Below, one piece after another: positions 51,325 through 64,000 of a DNA stretch of 64,000 nucleotides. A program made the position numbers and the translations under genes. Position 1 is the first letter of the stretch. Every line of letters starts with the position of its first letter. Source of the stretch: Saccostrea cucullata (lineage: Eukaryota); the NCBI RefSeq assembly GCF_032062105.1, contig NW_026920964.1, positions 1-64,000 of the forward strand. Direction: 5' to 3'. The notes beneath the pieces were generated by a model that made no database searches, had not been told where the DNA came from, and was given only the letters and a program-made list of their open reading frames with translations.

Positions 51325-53088
51325 ATGCGTGTAAATATTCAAACCGCCACTGAGGAAGAGCTCCAAACTTTAGAGAACATTGGAGAAAAGAGAGCTCAAG
51401 CTATCATCCAATTACGAGATATGCTGAATTTTCCTATTTCCATTCAACTGCTGGCTTATGCCTCAACAATCAAGGAAGGAGTATGGCAGCAGTGGATAAA
51501 TGAAGGCCGCATTGAATTAGACGACAACAACGGACGACCAAGTAAAGCTGCAGGTAATGAAGATCTTAGTCATGAACTAAGACATACCAACCAGAAATTA
51601 GAGGTCTGTTATTTTGAAAAGGAGGATCTGCACCACAGGTTAAATATGCAGCAGGGCAGAATGCAAATGCAGGCAGAGGAGCTTCATAGTAAAGACTTGG
51701 CTCTAAAGGAAAAAGAGACTCAAATTTTTGAACTTCGAAAAGAGCTAGATAGACAAAGACCCGTAAACATACCAAACTTGCCACTGGGTTATCCACAGAC
51801 ACCTTTGGACAGGGCAGGAATTAAGCATGAACCCATGACACCGCATCTGACCCCTTTGAGGGCAGAACCTGGACAACGCACCTTGGAAGGAGGACACATG
51901 ATGACTGGTATTAGGTCTCATTCACCATTTGAGTTGGGATCAATGCAGTCATTTACTGCATTTCCTTCCTCTGGAGGACCATCCTTTCAATCTTCTACCC
52001 CGTGTAGTGTGGGTGGCGCAAATATACAACTGGATTTTGACCATCAGCGATCTACTCTTGGAGATAGATTTTCCAGTGCCGACCTGAGACAACCAAAAAA
52101 GAGACATACACAGGCTACTAGATATAGAGGAGAAAGTAGCTCTGGCTCATCAGACTCGGAAGATTCCTGTGAGTCCGATGACTCACTTAACTTATCCAGA
52201 AGGAAAACTCGGCATGGTAAATCCCGGAGGAGCCCATCAAGACCTAAGATGCCTACCTTTCGTGGCGACAAGAACTGGGACTCGTTTATCTTCCAGTTCC
52301 AAAGACAAGTGAAACAATATAATTGGAGTGAGCAAAAAGCAAAGGGAAGGCTACTTGACTGTCTGCAGGATGAGGCGTTAGATTTTGCACGTGAACTTAC
52401 ACATTGTAGCTATCAGGATCTCTTAAAGAAGATGTCAAGGCGATTCAGTACAAAGGAGGCACTCATATCTGCGAGACGACAGTTACAATTTGTACGACAG
52501 AAGGAAGATGAAACTTTTGAGGAGTTTTCTCAAAAAGTCCATTTTCTAACCATGGATGGACTTCCAGAAGCAAACGACAGCACTGTTGATCAAATGGCGG
52601 TTGAAGCTTTCCTAAGGGGATGCAAGGATAAGGAGGCTGCTCACCTTGCTATGGAAAAGAACCCAAAGAGTATTTACAAGGCCTTGAAGTATGTCAAAGC
52701 AGCTGTAAATAATCGCAAGGCACTGTTCGGTTCACGAGCTAATTACAGTACTCGTCGTGTAAGTTTCCAAGACGACTGTGTTGAGCCAGCTACAGACGAG
52801 GCATGTATTCGCACTCTTCATGACTCAAAACGAGACTCCTCAGAAAAACTTGAAGGCCTGATCTCCAAGCTAATAGGACTTATGGAACGGAAGGACCAGC
52901 CAAGGTCAAGGTCACCGACACCCCCATCAAGTCCACAACGCCGTCGCTGTTACCTCTGTAAGGGTTATGGTCATTTGCAAAGGGATTGCCCTCAGGCTAG
53001 AGACAAGGGGAGGAGCCCTAGCCCAGATAAAAAGGATTTAAACTTCAGAGGACTGGGCGGATCGGCCAACACTCAGTTCAGCCAATAG
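51325..53088 (+). CDS. gag: Gypsy Gag with N-terminal ComEA-like helix-hairpin-helix, coiled coil, capsid and CCHC knuckle
   Basis: VNIQTATEEELQTLENIGEKRAQAII; PTFRGDKNWDSFIFQF..QKEDETFEEF capsid-like region; CYLCKGYGHLQRDC. Confidence 0.88.
   Translation: MRVNIQTATEEELQTLENIGEKRAQAIIQLRDMLNFPISIQLLAYASTIKEGVWQQWINEGRIELDDNNGRPSKAAGNEDLSHELRHTNQKLEVCYFEKEDLHHRLNMQQGRMQMQAEELHSKDLALKEKETQIFELRKELDRQRPVNIPNLPLGYPQTPLDRAGIKHEPMTPHLTPLRAEPGQRTLEGGHMMTGIRSHSPFELGSMQSFTAFPSSGGPSFQSSTPCSVGGANIQLDFDHQRSTLGDRFSSADLRQPKKRHTQATRYRGESSSGSSDSEDSCESDDSLNLSRRKTRHGKSRRSPSRPKMPTFRGDKNWDSFIFQFQRQVKQYNWSEQKAKGRLLDCLQDEALDFARELTHCSYQDLLKKMSRRFSTKEALISARRQLQFVRQKEDETFEEFSQKVHFLTMDGLPEANDSTVDQMAVEAFLRGCKDKEAAHLAMEKNPKSIYKALKYVKAAVNNRKALFGSRANYSTRRVSFQDDCVEPATDEACIRTLHDSKRDSSEKLEGLISKLIGLMERKDQPRSRSPTPPSSPQRRRCYLCKGYGHLQRDCPQARDKGRSPSPDKKDLNFRGLGGSANTQFSQ
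53037..53043 (+). promoter_or_regulatory. -1 ribosomal frameshift slippery site T_TTA_AAC (gag to pol)
   Basis: Heptamer is in the correct gag phase; the -1 frame is open into the protease ORF at 53109. Confidence 0.8.
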
Positions 53089-53473
53089 ATGATGGCCAGA
53101 CATTACCGATGAATGAGAGTCTGGATGAAAATTATGAAACATGTCATGAAGAGATGGAGGAAACACCAGATGTATCACTCTTGTCATTGGATGAGCTCGG
53201 TCATGAACTGAATTCATCTACTGACAGGGATGTTAAGGAAATATTAGCAAAACAAGTAAATGTAGCTAGCCTAGTGATCCCTATCCATATACATTCAAAG
53301 AAAGTCTCTGCTGTAATAGATACTGCTGCTCAAGTGTCTGTAATGAATCTTCAACTCGCGAGAGAATTGGGACTGATGATTGACGACAAGCAGTTCATAT
53401 ACCTAAGGGGTGTGGTACCTGATGAAAGGATACCTGGGTATATAATTAAAAGTGTACCAATTTGCATAGGTAG

Positions 53474-56400
53474 TGTGGCGAATCACAATCACACGGAAAT
53501 CTTCTTTTTATAATTTATTATGACGATTAAAGGCAATAACAAATCCACAAGGGTTAACAATCAAAATACCACATTGGCTAAGATAATCAGATGGTTTCTG
53601 ATATGTATTCAATATTTCTTCAATGTAAACTCAATACAAAATCGATAAACTCAATAGTTATCAAGATCACAAAAACTCTCATATATATAGTATCGAAGAA
53701 ACATCTAGAAATAGAAACTTCGATAAAATTCTAGATCATCACATTCTTAAATATTCTAGAGACTTCTTGATAATTAATTCACGAAACATTTAGAACATTC
53801 TAGATTATACCTGTACATCATTCAATTTCTAGAAAATGCATTAAAATTGCGACAATTTGCAACACTCCCAAGACCAAGGAAAGTTAATTTAATTGTTCCT
53901 TTATCAGTTTTGTCGCTCTTTCAGCGGCCTGTCTTTTTGCTCTAGGTAATGGAGGAATACCATCGACTGCTGGCTCTTCCTTCGTCATATCACTATCACC
54001 AAGGTCAGATTTATCGGTGCATTCTATGGGATAAAGTAAATTTAACGGTCGGTTTAATGTTCTTTTGTTAGGTAACATTACCTTTCCGGACCTGTATTGT
54101 CCATCTTTACTCATTGTCAAATCGCAAATTCTTCCAATCTTCCAGCTTCCTCTAGGGAGATCTTCTTTGATGAGGACAACATCACCAATTTGTACCGGCC
54201 TGTTGTCTTGAATACGTTTTCCTTTTAATTTATAGGATGTTCTTTCTCTTAGACTTAAAAGATACTCATCTCTCCATGTCCTCCAGAATGTATCTAAAAG
54301 TCGTTGACCTTTTTTCCAAATTGCCAGTAAAGTGTTTACAGAGCTTGCAACAGGTACATAGTCTGGGTCCATGGGATCAAAATTTTCACTATCTTGAAGT
54401 CCTATTTTTGGATTCAAAGTGAGGAAATGCGCTGGAGTAAGGGTGATGTTTGAATTAATATCGTCTCCAATATAGACTAAGGGTCTCGAATTCACGACTG
54501 CTTCAGCTTCTGCAAGCATCGTTCTCATTTGCTCATTTGTTAAACAGAGTTTTCCTATAGTTTTTCTTAAGCATCGTTTGACAACACCAACCAGACGTTC
54601 ATAAAATCCTCCCATCCATGGTGCCAGTTCCACAATAAATTGCCACTGAATCTCTTCATTTGCAATATAACTTTGGACATCATTATCAGACGTAACCTTT
54701 TCCCAACTTTTATCCAAAACCAGGCTTGCAAGTTTAAATTGAGCACCATTATCAGAGATAATTTGTTTTGGCTTGCCCCAACGCGCAATAAATCTCCTTA
54801 GTCCTAGGAGAAACTGTTCTGTGGACATGTCCTGCATGAGTTCAAGATGTATGGCCCTTACTACCAAGCAGGTAAATAGACAGACCCATACCTTTTTATT
54901 GCCAGTTTCTGTTTTGATGAAGATTGGTCCAAAGTAATCCACTCCCGTGTACGTAAATGGTGCTGATTCACTCACACGTTTCTTTGGTAGTGGAGGCATC
55001 AGTGGCATCTTGTATGGACCACCCTCAAACCGCTTACAGATTGTGCATTTATGAAGTATTCTTTTTACTTCTGCTCTTCCCTGCGGAATCCAGTAGTCTT
55101 GACGAACCAATGACAGTGTTTGGGAGACTCCAACATGAAATGATTTTTTGTGGATGTAATCAATAATCAGTCCCGTCACATGGTTCTTTCTTGGAAGGAG
55201 GATAGGAGATCTTGCACCTTCTGTCAGCTGAGCATGCTTGAGTCTTCCAATGCATCTGATAATCCCTTCCTGATCCAATACAAGTCCTAATTGACTAATT
55301 AAATTATTTCTCTTATTTTCCTTGAGTGAGGTTTTGACATCACCATAGTTTTGAGTCTGGATATTCTTGATTATAAGAATTTTAGCATTCTGTAGTTCTG
55401 AGTAAGTTAGATGGTTCCATGGCATTGGAATTTTCTTCACTCTTTTGATAAACCTAAGAGTCCATGCTAAAACTCGAGTAAGGTTTATAAATGATGAAAA
55501 ATTTTGGTAGTCAATGATGTTTGGATATCCAGTTGATTCAGAATCTGAGTTGTTATTTCTTCCGTTAGGACTCTCCCCAGCCACCAGTTTTGCTTCATAA
55601 ACTATCTTTGGAGTCTTGCATTCTGATTCTATGACACTCTGCATTTCTTTACAGGTTTGTTGACTGTTCCATGAAGGCCAATTGTCTTTCCTTTTAATTA
55701 ACCATTCTGGACCATTCCACCATTGTTCAAATTCTTGAAGAGTTTTAACTGCTGTTCCTCTGCTTGCAATATCAGCTGGATTATCTTTTGTAGACACATA
55801 TTGAAAAGTGATATCTTTGTTGTTTCTGATTTCTTTTACTCTGTTTTCCACAAAAGTTTTAAGAGGTTTCTTCATTCTTATCCAATGTAATACACATTGG
55901 GAATCGGTCCAAAGGATCTTTTCTGTGACAGGTAACTTCAGTTGTTGTTCAACAAAGTTAATGCAGCGGACTCCAATGACAACAGCCAGTAGTTCCAATC
56001 TAGGCAGTGTTATTTTCTTGAGTGGCACTAACCGAGTTTTTGAAAACAACAGGTTGACAGTACTTCTTTCTTTTTTGCTCTGGTGTAAATAGATCGCACA
56101 GGCGTACGCTTTAGTTGATGCATCACAAAAGCACATTAATTTGTATGTCACTGTACCAGTGAGTCCTATAAAACGAGGAATAGGGCAATTGGGAATATCA
56201 TCCAGGTCTGCGGATATATTTTCCCAGCGCTGAATGTCTTCTTTGGTCAGTTCTTCATCCCACTCTTTCTTTTGGTTCCATGATGTTTGTAGAAACAACT
56301 TTGTTCTCAAAGTAACTGGGGTGAAGAATCCAAGTGGATCAAAAACAGAAGCAATTCTTTGAAGGACTTTCCTCTTGGTGATAGGTGGAATATGAGTTTC

Positions 56401-59400
56401 ATCTTTTGGACTGTTTATGAATAGGGAGTCCTCAGAAAGTTTCCAAGACAAACCAAGAATTTTTATGGTTTCTCTGTTTGCTTGATCAGCTTGAGGAATA
56501 CACTGGCTAAATTCTGTGGAGTTAGATGCCCAGTCTCGTAAATTCATTGACATGGTACTGAAGATCTCTTTGGCGTCTGTATATAGTTTCCTAGCCTCTG
56601 AGACGGACTCTACACCAGTGATAACATTATCCACGTAAATATTGCTTCTTATGTTTTCAGCTGTTGCAGTGTTGTAGTTTCCAAGATGGTAATCTAAAGT
56701 TGCAGCTAATAGAAAAGGGCTTGATATAACTCCAAATGGAACTCTCGTAAATCTATATACTTGAATATTGTTCTCTGTGGATGGAGTTTCAATATCCTTT
56801 AACCAAAAAATCTTGTCACATCTCTGTCCTTTCCTTGTAATTCAATCTGTAGAAATGCCTTTTCTATGTCAGCAATAATTGCAATCCTTTTCATTCTAAA
56901 TCTCATCAACAGTCCACACAAATCATTTAGCATTACTGGTCCTCTGTAAAGACACTCGTTAAGGCTGTTACACTCTGGTTTGACCTTTGCCGATGCATCA
57001 TAGACGATCCGTACTTTTGTGGTAGGCTTTGTTGGATCAATGACAGCATGATGGGGTATGTAGTGTTTGATACTATTCTTCACTTCACTGCTCTTTGTCA
57101 CCTTTTCAATTATGCCTTGCTTGCACTGGTCCTGAATTATTCCATCATATTGGTGAAGCAGCTCAGGGTTCTTTTTTAATTTTTGAAGTAGAGATTTCAA
57201 CCTTCCAAAAGCAAGTTCTCTGTTCTCTGGGAGTTCAGGTTGCTCATCCTTCCAGGGCCAAGTGACTTGATATCTACCATTGACTAGTTTTATTGTGTCG
57301 TTAAAGTTTTTTAAAGCCTTGTCATCATCTGATGAATGGGGCTGATCCTTGATTCCAATAGTTTCCAAGTTCCAGTACTCGTCTAGTGATGGCTTCAAGG
57401 GCAAACATTCATCGACAGACGAATGAAGACAATATTCCGTTGTTAGATTGTTTCCATTTACAATCAGCATTTGGTGTAAATTATCTCTGGATACCTCAAA
57501 GTTAGCTTGTGTTCTTCCAGTGAGAATCCATCCTACCTTTGATGAGAGCAAGTAAAGTCCATGGTCAACTTCAATTTTTTCTGATGATACCAAATCAAGA
57601 TAATAGTCATTCCCAATAAGGATGTCTATGGTTGAATTCTCTGTAGTTTTTGGTAAGGTATCTGCAAACTGTAGATGTTTCCATTGGCACTGTACCTTTT
57701 CAATGATGTTAGGTGATAACGGTCTTCTGTGTATTGGTCCGGTTATTTGAGGCACAACATTTGCTTCAATTCTCATATAGTGTCCATCCTTCAGTTTAAT
57801 TCTTAAAGATACATTTGGAGTTTTTACTATTTTTGGTTTCGTGGATCCAAAGGTGACAAGTGATATTTCCTCTGTTCTTTTTCTTTTCAAATTCAATTTT
57901 GAAGCTAATTCCTCGGTAACATACGTTCTTTGAGATCCAGAGTCCATGAGAATTCTGATTGTTTCAAATCTCGATCCAATCAGATCTGATGCATCAATTT
58001 TTGCAGTTTGCATTAGGACCATACTTCCTGATGACAGTAGGCTGTTTTCTCGAACATTGTTAACTGTTTCTGAGTCACATAGTTCGGATGTTTCAACAAA
58101 GTGTGAGGTTTCTCTCAAAGGCAGCATTTTCTTGTTGCAGAGACTTCGGTGATGTTTCTTTGTCTGATGACAATGGAAACATGGTTTGTCGACTTTGCAG
58201 TCTTTGCTAAGATGACCTGGCCTAAGACAAATGTAACATCTTCCCTTAATCTTCTGTTTTCTATCTTCAACTGTCCTGAATTCTTGGCATTCGTCACTCC
58301 AGTGATTTTGTTCACAGAAGATACAAATGGGATACTTTCTTTGAATTTTGTTTCTTCTTGGAGATTCTTTAAATGATGTTGTTAAGGCTTCCGCAGATGT
58401 ATGTTTTCTTTCATGTTCATATAGCATTCCAGGTGATGGGGGTTTTCTAGCAGGTTGTTCTTCATGACCGGCTAGGTTTTCCATATCTGTAGACTCTCTG
58501 GCTGCTATGTAGTTATCAAGAAACATTCTCAGCTTTTGCACAGTCCACTTCTCTTTCTTTCCTTTCTGTATTTCTAATTGTAATCTGGCTTCTTTTGGTA
58601 ACTTCGTTATAATCATGGAAACAAAGACATCCTGGTTTACGTCCTGTTCCAATGCTTCTAGGCTGCGCATATGCTTTTCTAAATCATCAAATAGTCTACG
58701 GAGACTGGAAGTATTATTGAGTGCAGGCTTAATGTTTATAAGGTCCACGTAATGTTTGTTAATTACAGACTGCACATCTCCGAATCGTTCCTTCAATATG
58801 GAGAGAGCTACATCATAATTTTCACGGGAGAGCATGAGGCCGGAAATAGCAGATTGTGCCTTTCCTTCCATTTTACTTTTCAAGTAGTTGAACTTCTCAA
58901 TATTGGAAAGCCTTGTGTTTTTGTGTACGGAAGCTTCAAAGGAGTCCCAGAACTCTTTCCACTTTAACTTGTCTCCGTTGAATGAAGGGAGCTCAAACTT
59001 TGGTAGTTTAACTACCGGAGTCTCTTTGCAAATCTTCTCCTTTCTGTGCAGTTCCTGAATCTGGAGTTCTTGGAAATGCATCAGTTGTTCCTGCATTTTT
59101 GTCTGCAAATCTATCATGTGGTCGATTCGTGGGTTATTTGGTGCTTCACTTTTCATATATGGAATGTCCACTTGTTCCAGTCTTTTTTCCAATAGTAGAA
59201 GTTCTTCTGAGCGCTCTGTAACATCTGTGAGCAATTCAAACAACTTCTCACTATCTTCTGTAAATTTTTCAATTTCAGACTCATTGTCTTGTTTTGATTC
59301 CAAGGCAATGGAAAGTTCTTTCATCGATTCTTCTAATTTAGCACCAAAGTCCTTTAACCGTCTCAAGGAAGATTGAATCTGCCTTATCCTGGTTGTCAAA

Positions 59401-59963
59401 TCCTCTTCTTCAGCTTCTGAAGAAAGAAATGTCTTACTTTTGATCATTTCCTTCAGCAGTAGATTCTTGTACCTTGTACAAAGTCCTTTCAAGTATGAGG
59501 TTGACATCTTCTTCTTTTCCGTGATAACTTATTGATTTCAGGCTCCAATTCCCGGGTTCCGGCACCAAACAATGTGGCGAATCACAATCACACGGAAATC
59601 TTCTTTTTATAATTTATTATGACGATTAAAGGCAATAACAAATCCACAAGGGTTAACAATCAAAATACCACATTGGCTAAGATAATCAGATGGTTTCTGA
59701 TATGTATTCAATATTTCTTCAATGTAAACTCAATACAAAATCGATAAACTCAATAGTTATCAAGATCACAAAAACTCTCATATATATAGTATCGAAGAAA
59801 CATCTAGAAATAGAAACTTCGATAAAATTCTAGATCATCACATTCTTAAATATTCTAGAGACTTCTTGATAATTAATTCACGAAACATTTAGAACATTCT
59901 AGATTATACCTGTACATCATTCAATTTCTAGAAAATACATTAAAATTGCGACAATTCGCAACA
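53474..59963 (-). mobile_element. Full-length BEL/Pao LTR retrotransposon nested in Gypsy pol
   Basis: 391-bp LTRs (53474-53864, 59573-59963) differing at 2 positions by eye; 5-bp TSD GGTAG; tRNA-Phe-type PBS at 59550-59567. Confidence 0.97.
53884..59507 (-). CDS. BEL/Pao gag-pol polyprotein with a single frameshift at 56805-56810
   Basis: LPKFELPSFNGD gag, triple Cys/His knuckles, LMDSGSQRTYV protease, ADIEKAFLQI/YVDN RT, FCDAS RNase H, APWMGGFYERLV integrase. Confidence 0.9.
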
Positions 59964-62900
59964 GGTAGAACCTACCTTGCAGATCTCTATGCAGCAGACG
60001 TAACAGATAGTATTTTACTTGGATTGGATTTCTTAGTAAAATACAACTGCATTGTAGACTTAAAGGATAACATATTGCAAATAGGCAACAATACCATTAC
60101 CGGGATAGTCAAGAGAACTGAAAGTGGCACAGATGTTGACATAAGGAAAGTTTTCATGCAAGGAAGGACAGTCATCCCTCCAAATACAGTTTCCTGTACA
60201 AATGTTGTTATTGATGGACCCAACATTAATGATGATAGGCCTTTAGTCCTTGAACCTTTGAAGACCAATAGAAAGTTTGTCATGGCAGCAACCATAGTTG
60301 ATTCCGGGAAATCAGCTAGAGTCAACATTATGAACCCGACAAATGGTACAATTGTTATAAAGGCCGGGAAGCACATAGGCAATGCAATGGACTTCAGCGA
60401 GGAATTACGAGGTGTAGAACAATGTAACATAAAATGTGCTCAAACCAGTTAGCCAACCAGCCTCAGCAGAGGAACTGGATCTGCCTGAGCACTTGCGTGA
60501 ATTGTTTGTTAGAACTTGCAAGAACCTGAATGCTGATGAGGCTAACAAAGTCAAGGCACTGCTGAATAAGTATAGTGAAGTATTTGCAAAACATGACTTG
60601 GATTTGGGATGTTTTTCAGAGATTAAACATCAGATTAATACTGGATCTTCTTCCCCAGTGCGACAAAAAATGCGTAGAACTCCCTTTGGATTTGAAGGAG
60701 AAGAAGAGACACACTTACAAAAGATGTTAGATGCCAAAGTTATACAGCCTTCGACTTCTGAATGGTCATCTGCTCCTGTGTTAGTTCGTAAGAAGGATGG
60801 ATCGGTCAGATGGTGCATTGATTATCGCCAGTTAAACCAAAAGACAGTCAAAGACTCTTACCCCCTTCCTAACATAGAAGATTGTCTCTCAACATTGTCG
60901 GGCTCGATCTACTTTAGCACATTAGATATGGAGTCAGGGTACTATCAAGTAGAAATTGATCCAGCAGATCGGAAAAAGACAGCATTCATCACTAGATTTG
61001 GGCTGTTTGAGCATGTGCGAATGGGGTTCGGACTGTGCAATGCTCCCGCCACCTTCCAGCGAGTTATACAGCTTGTGTTGCGTGGCCTTACATGGAAGGA
61101 TGTCATTGCGTACTTAGATGATGTTAATGTTCTCGGCAAGTCCTTTGAAGAACATTTGAACAATCTCGATGTAGTCCTAGAGAGGTTTAGCAGATACAAC
61201 TTGAAGCTCAAGCCAAGAAAGTGCTTCTTATTCCAGACTGAATGTGAGTTTTTAGGGAAGCGAATTACTCGAGAAGGTGAAAGGATTTCCCCAGCCAAAT
61301 TGGATGCTGTACGGTCCTGGCCTGTCCCTACAGATAAGAAAGAAGTTGAATCTTTCCTTGGCTATGCTAATTATCATCGAGAACATGTACAAGGATATGC
61401 TGGGATTTCAAAGTGTCTGTATGAGCTAACAGGTTCAAAGGCAAAGCAATTTCACTGGACTACTGAGCACCAAGAGGCATTTGAACACTTGAAGACAGCA
61501 CTATCCTCAGCACCCTGTCTCGCTTACCCAACTCCTACTGATGACTTTATTTTAGACACTGATGCATCTGACGCAACAATAGGAGCTGAACTTATACAGT
61601 TGCAAGATGGAAAGGAACGGACCATAGCCTATGCCAGCCATGTTCTGTTACCAGTACAACGGAAATATTGCACAACACGCAAGGAGTTACTGGCAGTTGT
61701 GAAGTTCTGTCGTCATTTTCGTCATTATCTTTTGGGACGACGCTTCACGATACGAACTGACCATAACAGTTTAGTTTGGTTGTTTAGGTTTCGACACATC
61801 GAGGGGCAGTTATCTCGCTGGATAGAGGAACTCTCACAGTTTGATATGCAAATTGTTCATCGTAATGGGAACAAGCATTCCAATGCAGATGGCTTATCAC
61901 GTATTCCTGATAGATTGGAGGCTTGCGATTGTTATAATGCAGGTTCCAACTTGGAATCACTGCCTTGTGGAGGTTGCAATTACTGTACCAGAGCCTGTCA
62001 ACAGTGGGAGAGATTCTCAGAGGATGTAGATAACGTAGTACCGCTAGCTGTCAAGGTCATTAACCCTGAGCCAGGACAAACTGCAGAAGTGTTGAGAGTA
62101 GAGTACAACACTGATGTGCTAACAGATGATCTTTCCTTTGAAGTAAATTGGACAGAAACAAGAACAAAGGAAGAGGTATCAAAACTACAACATGAAGATG
62201 CAGATTTATCAGTATTGTTCCAGTGGCTAGAACAACCCCCTACATCACATGACTTGCTTCTGAGTAGCCCAGCCTCGAGGTCATACTGGATGTGCAAGAG
62301 TCAGTTGCTCATAAAGGACGGGATACTTTTCTATGCCTGGCGAGATGAAGCAAACCGGAAGCTATGCTTACTGGTTCCAAAAACCATGCAAGAAGAAGTC
62401 CTTTACGGTTGCCATGATATGATGTCAGCAGCGCATGTAGGCCAGGATAAGACATTGCAGCGAGTCAAACATCAGTACATGTGGTATCGTATGTCCCAAG
62501 ACTGCAGAGAATATGTCCAATCGTGCTCTGTATGCAATAAAAATAAGAAGTCGTCAGTCAAGCCCAAAGCCCCTCTTCAGCGACATCATGCAGGGTACCC
62601 AAAGGAGCGTGTTCATTTGGACATTCTTGGCCCATTTACACCTAGCGAACGAGGAAATGTGTATGTCCTTGTTATGATAGATCAATTTACAAAGTGGATT
62701 GAATGTGTAGCACTCCCAAATCAAACTGCTCAGCTAATAGCCAAAGAGTTCCTCCTCCACTTCATTGTGACATTTGGATTTTTACTCACTGTCCATACAG
62801 ATCAAGGTCGAAATTTTGATGGGGACCTGTTTAAGGCTTTGTGTAATGCCTTACAGATATCTAAGACAAGGACGACACCCTACCACCCATCTTCGAATGG

Positions 62901-63910
62901 ACAGGTTGAACGGTATAATAGGGTCCTTCTTCAGATGATTCGTTGCTACATAGAGGGCAAGGTCAGAACTTGGGATGTCGACTTACCTCTACTAGTAATG
63001 GCCCTTCATTCAACAGAGAACCGTTCTACAGGATATACGCCCAACAGACTCATGCTTGGACGTGAAGTTATTTTGCCACTTGATATTGTGACTGGAATGG
63101 CAAGTCTTACATTGACTGAATATGAGCCAAATGAATGGGTGAAGCATCTAGACAAGGTCATGATGGAGGCACACTCATTTGCGAGGAAGCAACTCGACAG
63201 TGTGCAGAGAAGACAGAAGCGCCTGTATGATTTGAAGCTAAATGAAAGGACATACACAGAAGGAGATGTCGTCTACAGGCTTAACGAGGCTACAACAGTA
63301 GGACAGAGTCGCAAGTTACAGTCGCCATGGAAGGGCCCTTACCTTGTCGTTTCAGCTGACCCACCATTATACACTGTTGTAGATCAGAAAGAGAGACAGT
63401 CCACTCTTCATCATGACAAATTAAAAAGATGTAATGACAGGGAATTGCCATTGTGGATTCGGCGACTGAGAAACAAGTATTTTGAAGAGGATGAGAGCTC
63501 ACCTGATGTTGATAGGGAGGAGAACAAATTAATTGGTACTGACAACAGCCTGGAGGATTCAGGTGAAGCAGATGATACTGTGATAGAGACAAATGAGCAG
63601 GACATTGTTGATGACATGGAGACAATTCAAGATGAATCTACAGAGACAAACAATCAGAATATTGTTGACGACATTGAGAAGAATCAAGATTTAGGATCCA
63701 CAGCTACAACCAGAGCAGGGAGAAAGATCAAGAAACCTGCTCATCTGGAAGATTATGTATAATTACAAGTTGTGCTCTTTTTATTTGGTTTTATTGTGCC
63801 AGGCAGGCATAAGTCAAACTTATTGAGGTCATTTATCTCAATAAGGTACTAATACTTGTATATTATTTCATGATGTAATCATTAGTAGTTTCTATTTTTT
63901 GTACAGCAAT

Positions 63911-64000
63911 ATGTCTGACTACATGGAAGAAGCATTGTTCGTGCCAGATTATGAAGAAGATATGGAAGATGATTCAGTGAAAGTGCCAGAGAGACCAAAG
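63911..64000 (+). CDS. Possible third ORF of the Gypsy element (acidic N-terminus, runs off the window)
   Basis: Pyrimidine tract plus TACAG acceptor ending at 63906, ATG at 63911, 30 open codons MSDYMEEALFVPDYEEDMEDDSVKVPERPK. Confidence 0.4.
   Translation, partial: MSDYMEEALFVPDYEEDMEDDSVKVPERPK

Larger units (their letters stand above)
53037..63762 (+). pseudogene. pol: Gypsy pol, split by the BEL/Pao insertion and a +1 frameshift near 60430
   Basis: PR (IDTAAQVS..ILLGLDFL across the insertion), RT (YLDD), RH (LDTDAS, TDH, NADGLSR), IN (HHCC, DDE, GPY) intact from 60436 to 63762. Confidence 0.9.
50328..64000 (+). mobile_element. Ty3/Gypsy LTR retrotransposon (3' end outside window)
   Basis: LTR, PBS, gag, and pol in PR-RT-RH-IN order. 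Confidence 0.95.

Noticed and set aside
60425-60452. Programmed frameshift inside Gypsy pol
   Set aside because: No slippery heptamer; a 1-bp insertion in an A-run or a sequencing error is simpler

Overview
AT-rich eukaryotic genomic DNA, most likely a bivalve mollusc (oyster-like, inferred from the repeat and gene-family content). The core is a tandem array of RING-less B-box/B-box/coiled-coil/NHL (TRIM-like) genes with single-exon coding regions: two intact (12040-13695, 43516-45264), three full-length or long pseudogenes and two fragments, partly produced by a ~7-8 kb segmental duplication. Inside the array, on the opposite strand, is an intact six-exon gene (~577 aa) for a cytosolic NAL1/Ssy5-like trypsin-fold serine protease. 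The rest is layered mobile DNA: a probable Polinton/Maverick right end (1-810), at least 14 pieces of a Penelope-like (Naiad-type) retroelement, tRNA-derived SINEs, MITEs, Crypton-like hairpin elements and a decayed esterase-ORF1 LINE. From 50328 there is a Ty3/Gypsy LTR element whose Gag begins with a ComEA-like helix-hairpin-helix motif and which may have a spliced third ORF. A very young BEL/Pao element is nested in its protease region.
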